Below are positions 15,033-23,104 of a DNA stretch of 24,090 nt, one piece after another. Below the pieces are notes generated by a model that was not told where the DNA came from, did not search any database, and saw only the letters and a program-made list of their open reading frames with translations. Position numbers and translations under genes: made by a program. This stretch comes from an uncultured Erysipelotrichaceae bacterium (GTDB lineage: Bacteria > Bacillota_I > Bacilli_A > Erysipelotrichales > Erysipelotrichaceae), in the NCBI GenBank assembly GCA_964532705.1, contig CAZHIG010000002.1:1-24090 (forward strand), written 5' to 3'. Numbering within the stretch: the first letter of the stretch is position 1; the number at the start of each line of letters is the position of its first letter.

Positions 15033-15569
15033 TTAATGATGAATTTGATAGGCTTTATACCTTTCATCTAGGATCTCAACTTCCTCAATCACAAGCTTTG
15101 AATTCATGACATTAAGATATTTAACACTGTCTTTGAATTCTTTTTGTGTAAGCGGAAATAAGGAATCCTTTTGATAAGCTTGTTGGTTGATGACCAATTC
15201 ATCTCGCATCAGATGACCCTCTTTTATCCAAGGAAACGAATTAATCCAAACCAACATATCTAAATAGTCTTTTGAGTGGTGTTGATAAAATAGTGCAATC
15301 CATAGAATGAAAAGAATAAGCATTCCAAACTCTACCTTCATTTCAAAACTTGAGATAAATACCCATCCAAGATTAATCAGTATGAATAAGATTCTACGAC
15401 TCATTTGAACATAACGACGATTAAGCAAAACTTTTAAAGCGAAGTAAAAGATAGGAATGCTTATAAAATTCTCTAATGAGATTCTGATTGTAAGCATCAA
15501 AAATCCATATATACATGTAAAGATTAAATCTTGGTATTTTAGACCTTTCAAGAACACTTTTTTTCTCAT
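15033..15569 (-). CDS. Hypothetical membrane protein: about four N-terminal TM helices and an ~80-aa soluble C-terminal part
   Basis: 178-aa ORF that fills the gap between tsaC and the XRE gene. Hydrophobic stretches at about residues 14-32, 34-49, 60-75 and 79-95. No family recognised. Confidence 0.8.
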   Translation of the reverse strand: MRKKVFLKGLKYQDLIFTCIYGFLMLTIRISLENFISIPIFYFALKVLLNRRYVQMSRRILFILINLGWVFISSFEMKVEFGMLILFILWIALFYQHHSKDYLDMLVWINSFPWIKEGHLMRDELVINQQAYQKDSLFPLTQKEFKDSVKYLNVMNSKLVIEEVEILDERYKAYQIHH

Positions 15570-15594
15570 TTTTTACCAGTATAGCCAGTAAAAT
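15570..15594. promoter_or_regulatory. Candidate XRE operator 1 (imperfect palindrome)
   Basis: TTTTTACCAG-TATAG-CCAGTAAAAT. Same left half-site as operator 2; overlaps the -10 of the membrane-protein gene and abuts its ATG. Confidence 0.65.
15578..15583 (-). promoter_or_regulatory. -10 box of the membrane-protein gene, near-leaderless
   Basis: TATACT lies 8 nt before ATG 15569. No SD and no good -35. Confidence 0.5.
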
Positions 15595-15597
15595 AGA

Positions 15598-15622
15598 TTT
15601 TTACCAGTCAGGCTGGTAAAAA
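15598..15622. promoter_or_regulatory. Candidate XRE operator 2 (perfect palindrome)
   Basis: TTTTTACCAG-TCAGG-CTGGTAAAAA, a perfect 10-5-10 inverted repeat starting 28 bp after operator 1. Confidence 0.72.
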
Positions 15623-15646
15623 CACAGACTTTTACACGCATCGTCG

Positions 15647-15652
15647 TATAAT
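15647..15652 (+). promoter_or_regulatory. -10 box of the XRE gene, near-leaderless
   Basis: Perfect TATAAT lies 9 nt before ATG 15662. No SD; the -35 position (ACAGAC) is poor. Confidence 0.6.
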
Positions 15653-15661
15653 TTTTAAACA

Positions 15662-16048
15662 ATGACTAAAACACGATTTTCATATCGTCTTCAAAACCTG
15701 CGTGAACGTAAAGGCTATACTCAAGCAGAACTAGCAAAGATTTTAGGCTGTTCTCAACAAACAGTGTCAAATTGGGAGTCCGGAGATTTAAGCCCAAATT
15801 TTGACTATGTGCTAAAAATCGTAGATTTTTTCAAAATATCGATTTCTGAATTATCCCCAGAAAACAGCGTCAGTGAGTCTGAACAAAGTTACCATACAAA
15901 AAAAGATCTCTTTGAGACCTTCTTTACTTCTAAATTTTTTCTAGAATTCTATCCCAAACTTACAATAAAACAAGCTCTTAAACTCAGTAAATTGGTTCAA
16001 GCTTATATCGATTTATTAGAAGACAACATCACAGTTGACGAACAATAA
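15662..16048 (+). CDS. XRE/Cro-C1 family helix-turn-helix transcriptional regulator
   Basis: RLQNLRERKGYTQAELAKILGCSQQTVSNWESGDLSP is a typical HTH_3 domain. Short C-terminal helical region; no S24 peptidase domain. Confidence 0.92.
   Translation: MTKTRFSYRLQNLRERKGYTQAELAKILGCSQQTVSNWESGDLSPNFDYVLKIVDFFKISISELSPENSVSESEQSYHTKKDLFETFFTSKFFLEFYPKLTIKQALKLSKLVQAYIDLLEDNITVDEQ
15898..15919 (-). terminator. Candidate terminator of prfA-prmC located inside the antisense XRE gene
   Basis: Minus-strand RNA GGUCUC-AAA-GAGAUC-U7 (6-bp stem with one G-U pair), about 110 nt past the prmC stop. Confidence 0.4.
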
Positions 16049-16877
16049 GAATGCGATCTTTATGATTCAAATCTTGAATGCATTCAACATCAGCCTTTGG
16101 AAAGTATTCACGCACAAGATGAGTCAGCGTAATCCTTTGATCCCATCCCATTTCAAAAGCCATAATACTTCTAGGCTTCAATATCAAATGGGCTTTCTCT
16201 AATACCTTTCGATAAAAATACAAACCATCTTGTCCACCAAATAATGCCACATGAGGCTCATAGGCTTTGACACTGTTTTCAATCACTTCATCTTGTGGAA
16301 TGTAGGGTGGATTGCACACCAGAACATCTGCTAAGATTTTTTCATCCACAAATGGTTGTGCCATGTCACCTTCTAAGAATGTAACCTCAGCCTCTAACAT
16401 TTGAGCATTTTTCTTTGCTTGAATCAAAGCTTCTTTAGAAATATCTGATGCATATACCGTAGAGTGCTCAATCTCTTTTTTAAGGACACAAGCAATCGCA
16501 CCTGAACCCGTTCCAATGTCTAGGACAGAAACGGATTTATCTTCAAAATGTTCATCAATTTCCATGATGACGCGAAGTACTAATTCTTCGGTTTCATATC
16601 TTGGAATTAAAACGGATGGATTGACTTCAAATGGATATCCATAAAAATATTGAATCCCCATCACATACGCCAAGGGTTCATCCTTTTCAAGACGTTCTAA
16701 TTTAGCTTCAAAATCTAAAGCTAGGTCTTCATCCATTTCAAGATCTAAATGTTCATAAAGATTAAGCTCTTTTTTTAAATACAATTCATTGAGTACGTAC
16801 TTCGCATAGGATTCTGGAACATCTACCCTCATGAGCCTTTTCTTGGCAAGACTTAAAGCTTTTCGAGCAGTCATCAT
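16029..16877 (-). CDS. prmC: Release factor glutamine methyltransferase
   Basis: VLIPRYETEEL, SAM motif LDIGTGSGAIA and NPPY motif; ATGA overlap with the prfA stop. Confidence 0.96.
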   Translation of the reverse strand: MMTARKALSLAKKRLMRVDVPESYAKYVLNELYLKKELNLYEHLDLEMDEDLALDFEAKLERLEKDEPLAYVMGIQYFYGYPFEVNPSVLIPRYETEELVLRVIMEIDEHFEDKSVSVLDIGTGSGAIACVLKKEIEHSTVYASDISKEALIQAKKNAQMLEAEVTFLEGDMAQPFVDEKILADVLVCNPPYIPQDEVIENSVKAYEPHVALFGGQDGLYFYRKVLEKAHLILKPRSIMAFEMGWDQRITLTHLVREYFPKADVECIQDLNHKDRILIVRQL

Positions 16878-17953
16878 TCACCCGCTAACTTTTGTTTTTG
16901 TTCTTCAAAAAGAAGGGCCGCAATCACATCATCCAACTTGCCTTCAACAATACGATCGAGTTGTTGTAGAGTTAAACCAATACGATGATCTGTAACTCGA
17001 TTCTGTGGATAATTGTAGGTACGAATTTTTTCTGAACGATCTCCAGTCCCTACTTTTGCTTTACGAATCTCTCCTTTTTCAGCAGCAGCTCTCTCTTCTA
17101 AGACTTCAAAAATACGAGCACGAATTAAACGCATCGCTGTCGCTTTGTTTTCATGTTGAGAACGACCATCTTGGCAATTCACAGAGATGCCTGTGGGTAC
17201 ATGGGTAATGCGAACCGCTGAGTCTGTTTTGTTTACATGTTGTCCCCCAGCCCCTGATGCGCGATGGGTTTCAATGGTTAAATCTTGTGGATTAATATCG
17301 ATGTCTTCTTCTTCAACTTCTGGCATGACAAGTACTGTTGCCGTAGAGGTATGAACGCGACCTTGTGTTTCGGTTTTTGGTACACGCTGGACACGATGAG
17401 AACCTGATTCAAACTTAAAATAACGATAGGCATCATTACCTTTTACTAGAAATGAAATTAAAGTAAAGCCCCCCATTTCAGCTTCAGATGCTTCCATAAT
17501 TTCAAGTTTAAACCCAAGAGATTCTGCATATTTGGTATACATGCGGTAGAGATCTCCTGCAAAGATATTCCCTTCATCACCGCCTGCTGCCCCACGAATT
17601 TCAACAATCGCATTGTGATCATCGTTAGGATCTTTAGGGATAAGTTCAATTTCGAGTTCTTCCAAGATCTTTTCAAGTTTAGGTTCAAGTTCTTCAAGTT
17701 CTAATCGAGCCATATCCGCCATTTCTTCATCTGAATCTTGACTCATGATTTTAGCTTCTTCAATATGTTCTTGAAGTTTCAATAGAAGATGATATTTCTC
17801 TACAATAGAACCAATTGAAGCATGACGTTTCGCTACCTTCGCATATTCTTTCTTTTGTGTCATCAAGGCTGCGTTTAAAACTTGTTCAGAAAGAACGGAA
17901 TGTTCTTCCTCTAAAGCTCTTAATCGCTCCAACATGACTTGTATGTTTTCCAT
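16874..17953 (-). CDS. prfA: Peptide chain release factor 1
   Basis: GGQ motif (ASGAGGQHVNKTDSAVR) and RF1-specific PxT (VPKTE); AAGGAG SD; tdk-prfA-prmC synteny. Confidence 0.98.
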   Translation of the reverse strand: MENIQVMLERLRALEEEHSVLSEQVLNAALMTQKKEYAKVAKRHASIGSIVEKYHLLLKLQEHIEEAKIMSQDSDEEMADMARLELEELEPKLEKILEELEIELIPKDPNDDHNAIVEIRGAAGGDEGNIFAGDLYRMYTKYAESLGFKLEIMEASEAEMGGFTLISFLVKGNDAYRYFKFESGSHRVQRVPKTETQGRVHTSTATVLVMPEVEEEDIDINPQDLTIETHRASGAGGQHVNKTDSAVRITHVPTGISVNCQDGRSQHENKATAMRLIRARIFEVLEERAAAEKGEIRKAKVGTGDRSEKIRTYNYPQNRVTDHRIGLTLQQLDRIVEGKLDDVIAALLFEEQKQKLAGE

Positions 17954-17968
17954 AATTTCTCCTTATCG

Positions 17969-17998
17969 AAAAGAAAGTAACCAAAAAATGGTTACTTT
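17969..17998 (-). terminator. Perfect inverted repeat between tdk and prfA (weak terminator or operator)
   Basis: AAAGTAACCA-N5-TGGTTACTTT (17974-17998) followed by CTTTT on the minus strand. The stem ends 20 nt before the prfA ATG. Confidence 0.5.
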
Positions 17999-18022
17999 AA
18001 CACTCTCTTTACATTTAAATCG

Positions 18023-18619
18023 CTAGCGTTTAATGCTTGGACGATCAACCACTTCATGACAATGTCTGCAACGTGCTTCATAGGATTCTGATGCGCCAAC
18101 TAAAATAATTGGATCAACAAATCGGGCAGGTTTTCCATTAACAATCCGTTGTGTACGGGTCGCAGGTGCACCACATTTTGTACATACAGCTGTCAGTTTA
18201 GTCACAAATTCTGCTTGTGTAATCAGTTGTGGCATCACACCAAAAGGTTCAGCTCTAAAATCAGTATCTAAACCAGCAACCATGACACGTTTGCCCAATC
18301 GAGCTAAATGATCGACCACGAGTAAGATTTCATCATCAAAAAATTGAACTTCATCAATCGCAATAACGTCGGTATCTTCTTTAACAAAGTCTAAAATAGA
18401 TCTGGCATCCGCAACCACAATGCTTTCAGTACTGCTTCCAGCATGCGAAACCACTTTAGTGTCGCTATAACGATTATCAATGCTGGGTTTAAATACTAAA
18501 ACATTCTTCTTGGCAAATTCTAAAACTTTGATTCTACGAATCAATTCCTCTGTTTTGCCTGCAAACATGCACCCTGAAATCACTTCGACATAACCAGGTC
18601 GATACATTTGATACATCAT
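18023..18619 (-). CDS. tdk: Thymidine kinase
   Basis: [11 protein letters not shown] Walker [20 protein letters not shown] and Zn-binding CTKC..CRHC motifs. Confidence 0.97.
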   Translation of the reverse strand: MMYQMYRPGYVEVISGCMFAGKTEELIRRIKVLEFAKKNVLVFKPSIDNRYSDTKVVSHAGSSTESIVVADARSILDFVKEDTDVIAIDEVQFFDDEILLVVDHLARLGKRVMVAGLDTDFRAEPFGVMPQLITQAEFVTKLTAVCTKCGAPATRTQRIVNGKPARFVDPIILVGASESYEARCRHCHEVVDRPSIKR

Positions 18620-18646
18620 GATTTTATAACCTCACTCAACGCTCTT

Positions 18647-18655
18647 ATTTTAGCA
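18647..18655 (-). promoter_or_regulatory. Extended -10 promoter of tdk-prfA-prmC
   Basis: TG-C-TAAAAT immediately downstream of the rpmE terminator; a GTGAGG SD-like sequence follows. Confidence 0.55.
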
Positions 18656-18656
18656 C

Positions 18657-18680
18657 AAATAAAAAGGAACCTAAGTTCCT
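18657..18680 (-). terminator. Intrinsic terminator of rpmE
   Basis: AGGAAC-TTAG-GTTCCT followed by TTTTATTT; the stem starts 2 nt after the rpmE stop. Confidence 0.78.
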
Positions 18681-18682
18681 GT

Positions 18683-18889
18683 TTATTCTTTAATTCCGTA
18701 TTTACGATTAAACTTCTCAACACGACCAGCAGCTTGTGCAAAGCGTTGACGACCGGTGTAGAATGGATGGCAATTCGAGCAAGTATCCACACGAATTTCC
18801 TTTGAGGTTGAGCCAGTTTCAAATTCAGCGCCACAGGTAATGCAATGTACCTTGACTACAGCGTACGCTGGATGAATTCCTTTTTTCAC
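18683..18889 (-). CDS. rpmE: 50S ribosomal protein L31, zinc-binding type
   Basis: MKKGIHP, CITC and [10 protein letters not shown] with all four cysteines; GTG start with AAGGAG SD. Confidence 0.97.
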   Translation of the reverse strand: MKKGIHPAYAVVKVHCITCGAEFETGSTSKEIRVDTCSNCHPFYTGRQRFAQAAGRVEKFNRKYGIKE

Positions 18890-18903
18890 GTTTTCTCCTT
18901 CCG

Positions 18904-18930
18904 CCTTGAATCTTTAATGTAGATCCAAAG
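18904..18930 (-). promoter_or_regulatory. Hairpin in the rpmE 5' UTR (candidate L31 leader)
   Basis: CUUUGGAUCU-ACAUUAA-AGAUUCAAGG, a 10-bp stem with two G-U pairs, ending 3 nt before the SD. Confidence 0.45.
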
Positions 18931-18943
18931 TAAGTGCGCATTT

Positions 18944-18973
18944 AATATACCACAGCGATTAAACTTAACGCAA
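18944..18973 (-). promoter_or_regulatory. Sigma-A promoter of rpmE
   Basis: -35 TTGCGT, 18-nt spacer ending in TG-G, then -10 TATATT. Confidence 0.65.
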
Positions 18974-18994
18974 GCCCTTATCTTATCGTAAAAT
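18965..18994 (+). promoter_or_regulatory. Promoter of yaaA, probably leaderless; its -35 overlaps the divergent rpmE -35
   Basis: TTAACG-18 nt-TAAAAT, then 6 nt to ATG 19001. No SD sequence. Confidence 0.55.
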
Positions 18995-19000
18995 GGTTCT

Positions 19001-19726
19001 ATGAAAATCCTTTTATCCCCCGCAAAAACCTATCAAAGCAAAACTCGAAATATTTCTTTATTAGAAGAAGAATTACTGTTTAAGAAAGAAGTGTCTACTC
19101 TTTATCGAAAGCTAAAGAACTTGAGTGTTGAAGAAATTAAAGCAACGATGAATCTTTCTGATAAGTTAGCTCAGGAAACACATCAACTTTATCAAAAGCA
19201 TAAAGAATCTGACATTAAAACAGCTGCCCTTGAACATTATAGTGGACTGGCTTTTCGTCAACTCAATCTCTTAGCATATACCCAAGACCAATTCGACTAT
19301 TTAGATCAACATCTTCGCATCTTATCTGCACTCTATGGGATTCTAAGGCCAAGAGATGGTATTCATCCCTATCGTTTAGACTTCACCATGAGTCTATCTG
19401 ATTTAAAACTTAGATCGTTATGGAAGAAGAGAATTAATCCTTACTTTAAGAATGAAGATTGGATCTTAAATTTAGCTTCTGAAGAATTTAGCTCACTTAT
19501 TCAGCATCCAAACATCCACTCTGTTGAATTCTATGATCAAAAAGAGGGTAAACATTTCATCAATTCAGCTGAAGCTAAGAAAGCACGAGGCCTTTATCTT
19601 GAACAATGTATGATTTATAAGGTAAGTGAGATCCACGAACTAAAAAACTTGTCACTTTTTGGCTATGATTTAATTGAACACACAGATAAAAATACCATCT
19701 ACCTTAAACAAAAGAAAAGCGACTAA
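19001..19726 (+). CDS. yaaA: Peroxide stress protein YaaA (UPF0246/DUF328)
   Basis: MKILLSPAK, YSGLAFRQL, LSALYGILRPRD.IHPYRL, LNLASEEF and AKKARG family motifs. Confidence 0.9.
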   Translation: MKILLSPAKTYQSKTRNISLLEEELLFKKEVSTLYRKLKNLSVEEIKATMNLSDKLAQETHQLYQKHKESDIKTAALEHYSGLAFRQLNLLAYTQDQFDYLDQHLRILSALYGILRPRDGIHPYRLDFTMSLSDLKLRSLWKKRINPYFKNEDWILNLASEEFSSLIQHPNIHSVEFYDQKEGKHFINSAEAKKARGLYLEQCMIYKVSEIHELKNLSLFGYDLIEHTDKNTIYLKQKKSD

Positions 19727-19737
19727 AGTCGCTTTTC
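19710..19737. terminator. Bidirectional intrinsic terminator shared by yaaA and the GNAT gene
   Basis: GAAAAGCGAC-TAAA-GTCGCTTTTC (19714-19737). Core GCGAC/GTCGC is followed by TTTT on plus and TTTTCTTTT on minus. The two overlapping stop codons sit at the loop. Confidence 0.8.
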
Positions 19738-20154
19738 CATATCCTTGTGTTTAATGTTGGCTTCTAAGTAGGAATCACTCACAATTGAATATCCATTCTT
19801 TTCATAGAATGGAATCGCATGTTCCTGAGCACTTAAGATGAAGTGTTGGCCATTTGTGATGCGTTCAATTTCTTGAATGAAGTAAGATCCATGACCGCCT
19901 TTACGTTCTTTCTTTAGGATCGCAAATCGTTGAATTTTGATTGAACCTTCTTTTATTAAGGTTCTCGCAGTACCAATTGGCATTCCATTTACAATGAGTA
20001 AGTAATGTGTACATCTTGTATCCTCTAAAACATCATGTGCATCGATCTCAATATCCCGATCGACTGCTTGTTCTTGAATAAAAACTTCTTCTCGAATTTT
20101 TAAACATACTCGTAGCTGAACTTCATTATGAACCTTTAGAACTTGGCGAAACAT
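19723..20154 (-). CDS. GNAT family N-acetyltransferase (YjcF/ElaA-like)
   Basis: IREEVFIQEQ.V, IGTART, acetyl-CoA motif RKGGHG, LSAQEHAIPFYEKNGY and EANIKHKDM; TAATG overlap with the murA stop. Confidence 0.88.
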   Translation of the reverse strand: MFRQVLKVHNEVQLRVCLKIREEVFIQEQAVDRDIEIDAHDVLEDTRCTHYLLIVNGMPIGTARTLIKEGSIKIQRFAILKKERKGGHGSYFIQEIERITNGQHFILSAQEHAIPFYEKNGYSIVSDSYLEANIKHKDMEKRL

Positions 20155-21419
20155 TAAGGGAGAACCTCACGCCAAATCTTAGCACCACAAGCCTTTAACT
20201 TATTATCTAAATCTTCATAGCCACGATCAATGTGATAGACATCATGAATTTCAGTGACACCTTTGGCCATTAAACCCGCAAGAACCAAAGAAGCTCCGGC
20301 TCTAAGATCGGTAGCCGTAACCACATCTCCATAGAGTTCAGTGGGCCCATTGATGATTGCGGTAGCGGGAACCAAGTTGATATTGGCACCCATCCGCTGT
20401 AGTTCTACACAATGCTTAAATCGTTCAATATAGATGGTTTCTTTAATGGTACTTGACCCAGCAGCTTGTGTTAACAGTGAAGTTAAGGGTTGTTGGAGAT
20501 CAGTCGCAAAACCGGGGTAGGGTTGTGTTTGAATATCTACTGCCTTTAGATCTTTTCCACCTAAGATGGTGACTTTATCAATCTCTACTTTTAAGTCAAC
20601 TCCCATCTCTTCAAGCTTAGAAAGCAATGATTCTAAATGATGAGGAATGATGTTTTCAATCACCATTTTTTCTGCAGCTGCTGCAGCCAAAACAATAAAA
20701 GTTCCAGCCTCAATACGATCAGGAATGATTTCATGGACACAACCAGTCAATGTGTTTACACCATCAATGGTGATGATGTTTGTTCCTGCCCCACGAATCT
20801 GTGCACCCATTTTATTTAAGAACGTAGCGACATCAATGATTTCGGGTTCTTTTGCTGCATTCTCAATGGTGGTACGCCCTTTCGCATACACCGCCGCCAT
20901 CATGATATTGATGGTTGCCCCAACTGATGCAATATCTAAATAGATCTTAGCGCCCACTAACTCTTTGGCACGAATGTGATAAGAACCTTGGGCATATTCA
21001 ATGCTTGCACCTAAAGCTTCAAATCCTTTTAAATGCAAATCGATGGGTCGAGGTCCTAAGTAACAACCTCCGGGCATCTTCATTGATACTTGATTAAATC
21101 GACCTAAAAGTGCCCCCATAAAGTAATAAGAGGCTCTAAGTTTAGTAACGGCAGGATGATCCATCGCTTTTTCAATCATATTAGTAGGATCGATTTCTAA
21201 ATGGTCTTCACTGTGTTGATCCACTTTTACGTCTAGAGATTCTAAAAGTTCAGCCAAATAACCCACATCTGAGATGTGAGGCACTCCATAAATGGATACT
21301 TTGCCTTCTTTTGCAAGAATGGATGCGGGGATTAAAGCAACGGTCGCATTTTTCGAACCACTGATGCGCACAGTACCGTTTAACTTGTGCCCACCTTCTA
21401 TTTTTAGGACTTCTTCCAT
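20154..21419 (-). CDS. murA: UDP-N-acetylglucosamine 1-carboxyvinyltransferase (MurAB/MurZ-like)
   Basis: [15 protein letters not shown], active-site [12 protein letters not shown] (Cys present), [23 protein letters not shown] and HIDRGYE. Position downstream of pyrG and upstream of rpmE matches B. subtilis murAB. Confidence 0.96.
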   Translation of the reverse strand: MEEVLKIEGGHKLNGTVRISGSKNATVALIPASILAKEGKVSIYGVPHISDVGYLAELLESLDVKVDQHSEDHLEIDPTNMIEKAMDHPAVTKLRASYYFMGALLGRFNQVSMKMPGGCYLGPRPIDLHLKGFEALGASIEYAQGSYHIRAKELVGAKIYLDIASVGATINIMMAAVYAKGRTTIENAAKEPEIIDVATFLNKMGAQIRGAGTNIITIDGVNTLTGCVHEIIPDRIEAGTFIVLAAAAAEKMVIENIIPHHLESLLSKLEEMGVDLKVEIDKVTILGGKDLKAVDIQTQPYPGFATDLQQPLTSLLTQAAGSSTIKETIYIERFKHCVELQRMGANINLVPATAIINGPTELYGDVVTATDLRAGASLVLAGLMAKGVTEIHDVYHIDRGYEDLDNKLKACGAKIWREVLP

Positions 21420-21428
21420 AACTTCATT

Positions 21429-21437
21429 ATTCTATCA
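21429..21437 (-). promoter_or_regulatory. Extended -10 promoter of murA-GNAT, near-leaderless
   Basis: TG-A-TAGAAT lies 9 nt before ATG 21419. No SD sequence. Confidence 0.6.
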
Positions 21438-21443
21438 TTATCC

Positions 21444-21472
21444 AAAAGAAAAGATAAGGTTTAGCTTATCTT
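21444..21472 (-). terminator. Intrinsic terminator of pyrG
   Basis: AAGATAAG-CTAAAC-CTTATCTT followed by TTCTTTT; the stem starts inside the TAA stop. Confidence 0.75.
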
Positions 21473-23075
21473 ACTTTTCAGAATATTCAGAAGATGCCTT
21501 AACAAATCCCGCAAAGAGTGGATGTGGACGATTGGGTCTTGATTTGAATTCGGGATGGAATTGACACCCTACAAACCAAGGATGGTCTTTAAGTTCCACA
21601 ATTTCCACCAAATAATTGTCTGGACTTAAACCACTAAAAATAACCCCATTCTTTTCAACCACTTCACGATAATCGTTGTTGAATTCATAGCGATGACGAT
21701 GACGCTCTAAGACTAAGTTTTCACCATAAACTTCATGGGTTTTGGTTTCTGCTTTTAGCTTACACGGCCAGTTGCCTAAACGGAGAGTACCTCCCATGTT
21801 GGTAACATCATTTTGATCAGGCATTAAGTGAATAATTGGATTCTTCGTAGAATCATCCCACTCCACAGAGTTTGCGTCTGCGTAACCACAGACATTACGT
21901 GCAAATTCTATCATTGCAATCTGCATGCCTAAGCAAATTCCAAAGTAGGGAATCTTATTGACGCGGGCATAACGTGCTGCATCAATCTTACCTTCGATTC
22001 CACGTCCACCAAAACCACCTGGGACAAGGATTCCATCCACTCCTTTTAAAGCTTCTTCAATATTCCCATGCGTTAACTCTTCTGAATTCACCCAACGAAT
22101 GTTGATTCTTGCACCAATTTGAAATCCAGCATGCTTCAGTGATTCTGCAACCGACAAATAAGCATCATGGAGTTGAACATACTTACCCACCAAAGCAATT
22201 TCAACCGTTTTGGTTAGATGTGTTGCTTTATACAACATTTCATTCCATTCTGTCATATCTGCTTTAGGCGCTGTGATGTTGAGTTTATGTAAGACATAAT
22301 CATCGAATCCTTGTTCTTGAAAACGTAAAGGAATTTCGTACAGATTCTCTACATTCACCGACTCAATAATCGCATTGGGTCTTACATCACAAAACATTGC
22401 AATTTTCTTACGGATATCATCGCCAATACGTTCTTCACAACGGGTCACAATCACGTTGGGTTTAATCCCTAGAGACATCAATTCTTTATAACTGTGTTGG
22501 GTTGGCTTGGTTTTAAGTTCACCTGAACCTGGTACTTTTGGGATAAGAACAGTATGAACAAAAACCACATCATCACGATCACATTCACTGTGTACTTGAC
22601 GGGCAGCTTCTAGGAAAGGGGAAGATTCAATATCCCCAACCGTTCCACCGATTTCAGTAATGACAATATCCGCTTTAGATTCAGCTGCTGCTGCATAAAT
22701 TTTAGCCTTAATCTCGTCGGTAATATGCGGAATAACCTGTACAGTTGCTCCTAAAAAATCCCCACGTCTTTCTTTGGTCAAAACATTCATATAAACACGA
22801 CCTGAAGTGATGTTGGCGGTTTGTGTGAGCTCTTCATCAATGAAGCGCTCATAGTGACCTAAGTCTAAATCTGTTTCTGCACCATCTTTGGTGACAAAAA
22901 CTTCACCGTGTTGGTATGGAGACATGGTTCCAGGGTCCACATTGATATAAGGATCAAACTTTTGTAGAAAGACTTTAAGCCCACGATTCTTGAGAAGTCT
23001 TCCAAGCGAAGTCGCTGCAATGCCTTTTCCTATTCCACTGACAACGCCACCCGTTACAAAGATATACTTAGCCAT
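21471..23075 (-). CDS. pyrG: CTP synthase
   Basis: [36 protein letters not shown], glutaminase GICLGMQ and QFHPEF. Start moved from 23138 to ATG 23075 (AAAGGA SD; 534 aa). Confidence 0.99.
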   Translation of the reverse strand: MAKYIFVTGGVVSGIGKGIAATSLGRLLKNRGLKVFLQKFDPYINVDPGTMSPYQHGEVFVTKDGAETDLDLGHYERFIDEELTQTANITSGRVYMNVLTKERRGDFLGATVQVIPHITDEIKAKIYAAAAESKADIVITEIGGTVGDIESSPFLEAARQVHSECDRDDVVFVHTVLIPKVPGSGELKTKPTQHSYKELMSLGIKPNVIVTRCEERIGDDIRKKIAMFCDVRPNAIIESVNVENLYEIPLRFQEQGFDDYVLHKLNITAPKADMTEWNEMLYKATHLTKTVEIALVGKYVQLHDAYLSVAESLKHAGFQIGARINIRWVNSEELTHGNIEEALKGVDGILVPGGFGGRGIEGKIDAARYARVNKIPYFGICLGMQIAMIEFARNVCGYADANSVEWDDSTKNPIIHLMPDQNDVTNMGGTLRLGNWPCKLKAETKTHEVYGENLVLERHRHRYEFNNDYREVVEKNGVIFSGLSPDNYLVEIVELKDHPWFVGCQFHPEFKSRPNRPHPLFAGFVKASSEYSEK

Positions 23076-23104
23076 ATGTTCACATCCTTTCGTATGATTT
23101 TTAT

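Noticed and set aside
15558-15564. A7 tract at the start of the membrane-protein gene as a phase-variation site
   Set aside because: Seven-base A/T runs occur several times in this AT-rich window, and the frame is intact.
15570-15622. Tandem palindromes read as a mini-CRISPR or terminator pair
   Set aside because: There are only two units, separated by 3 bp with no spacer, and no cas genes. Their position over divergent promoters next to an HTH gene fits operators better.
15033-16048. XRE cassette as a prophage or ICE remnant
   Set aside because: No integrase, ImmA-like protease, phage gene, tRNA target or flanking direct repeat was seen. Its AT-richness is similar to that of the membrane genes atpI/atpB, so mobility is unsupported.
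17974-17998. tdk-prfA palindrome as a third XRE operator
   Set aside because: It has the same 10-5-10 geometry but different half-sites, and ACCA/TGGT spacing is N5 versus N7 in the XRE operators.
18616-18834. 72-aa alternative-frame ORF overlapping rpmE and ending in an ATGA overlap with tdk
   Set aside because: The TGA arises automatically from tdk's ATGATG. The ORF has no SD and crosses a terminator.
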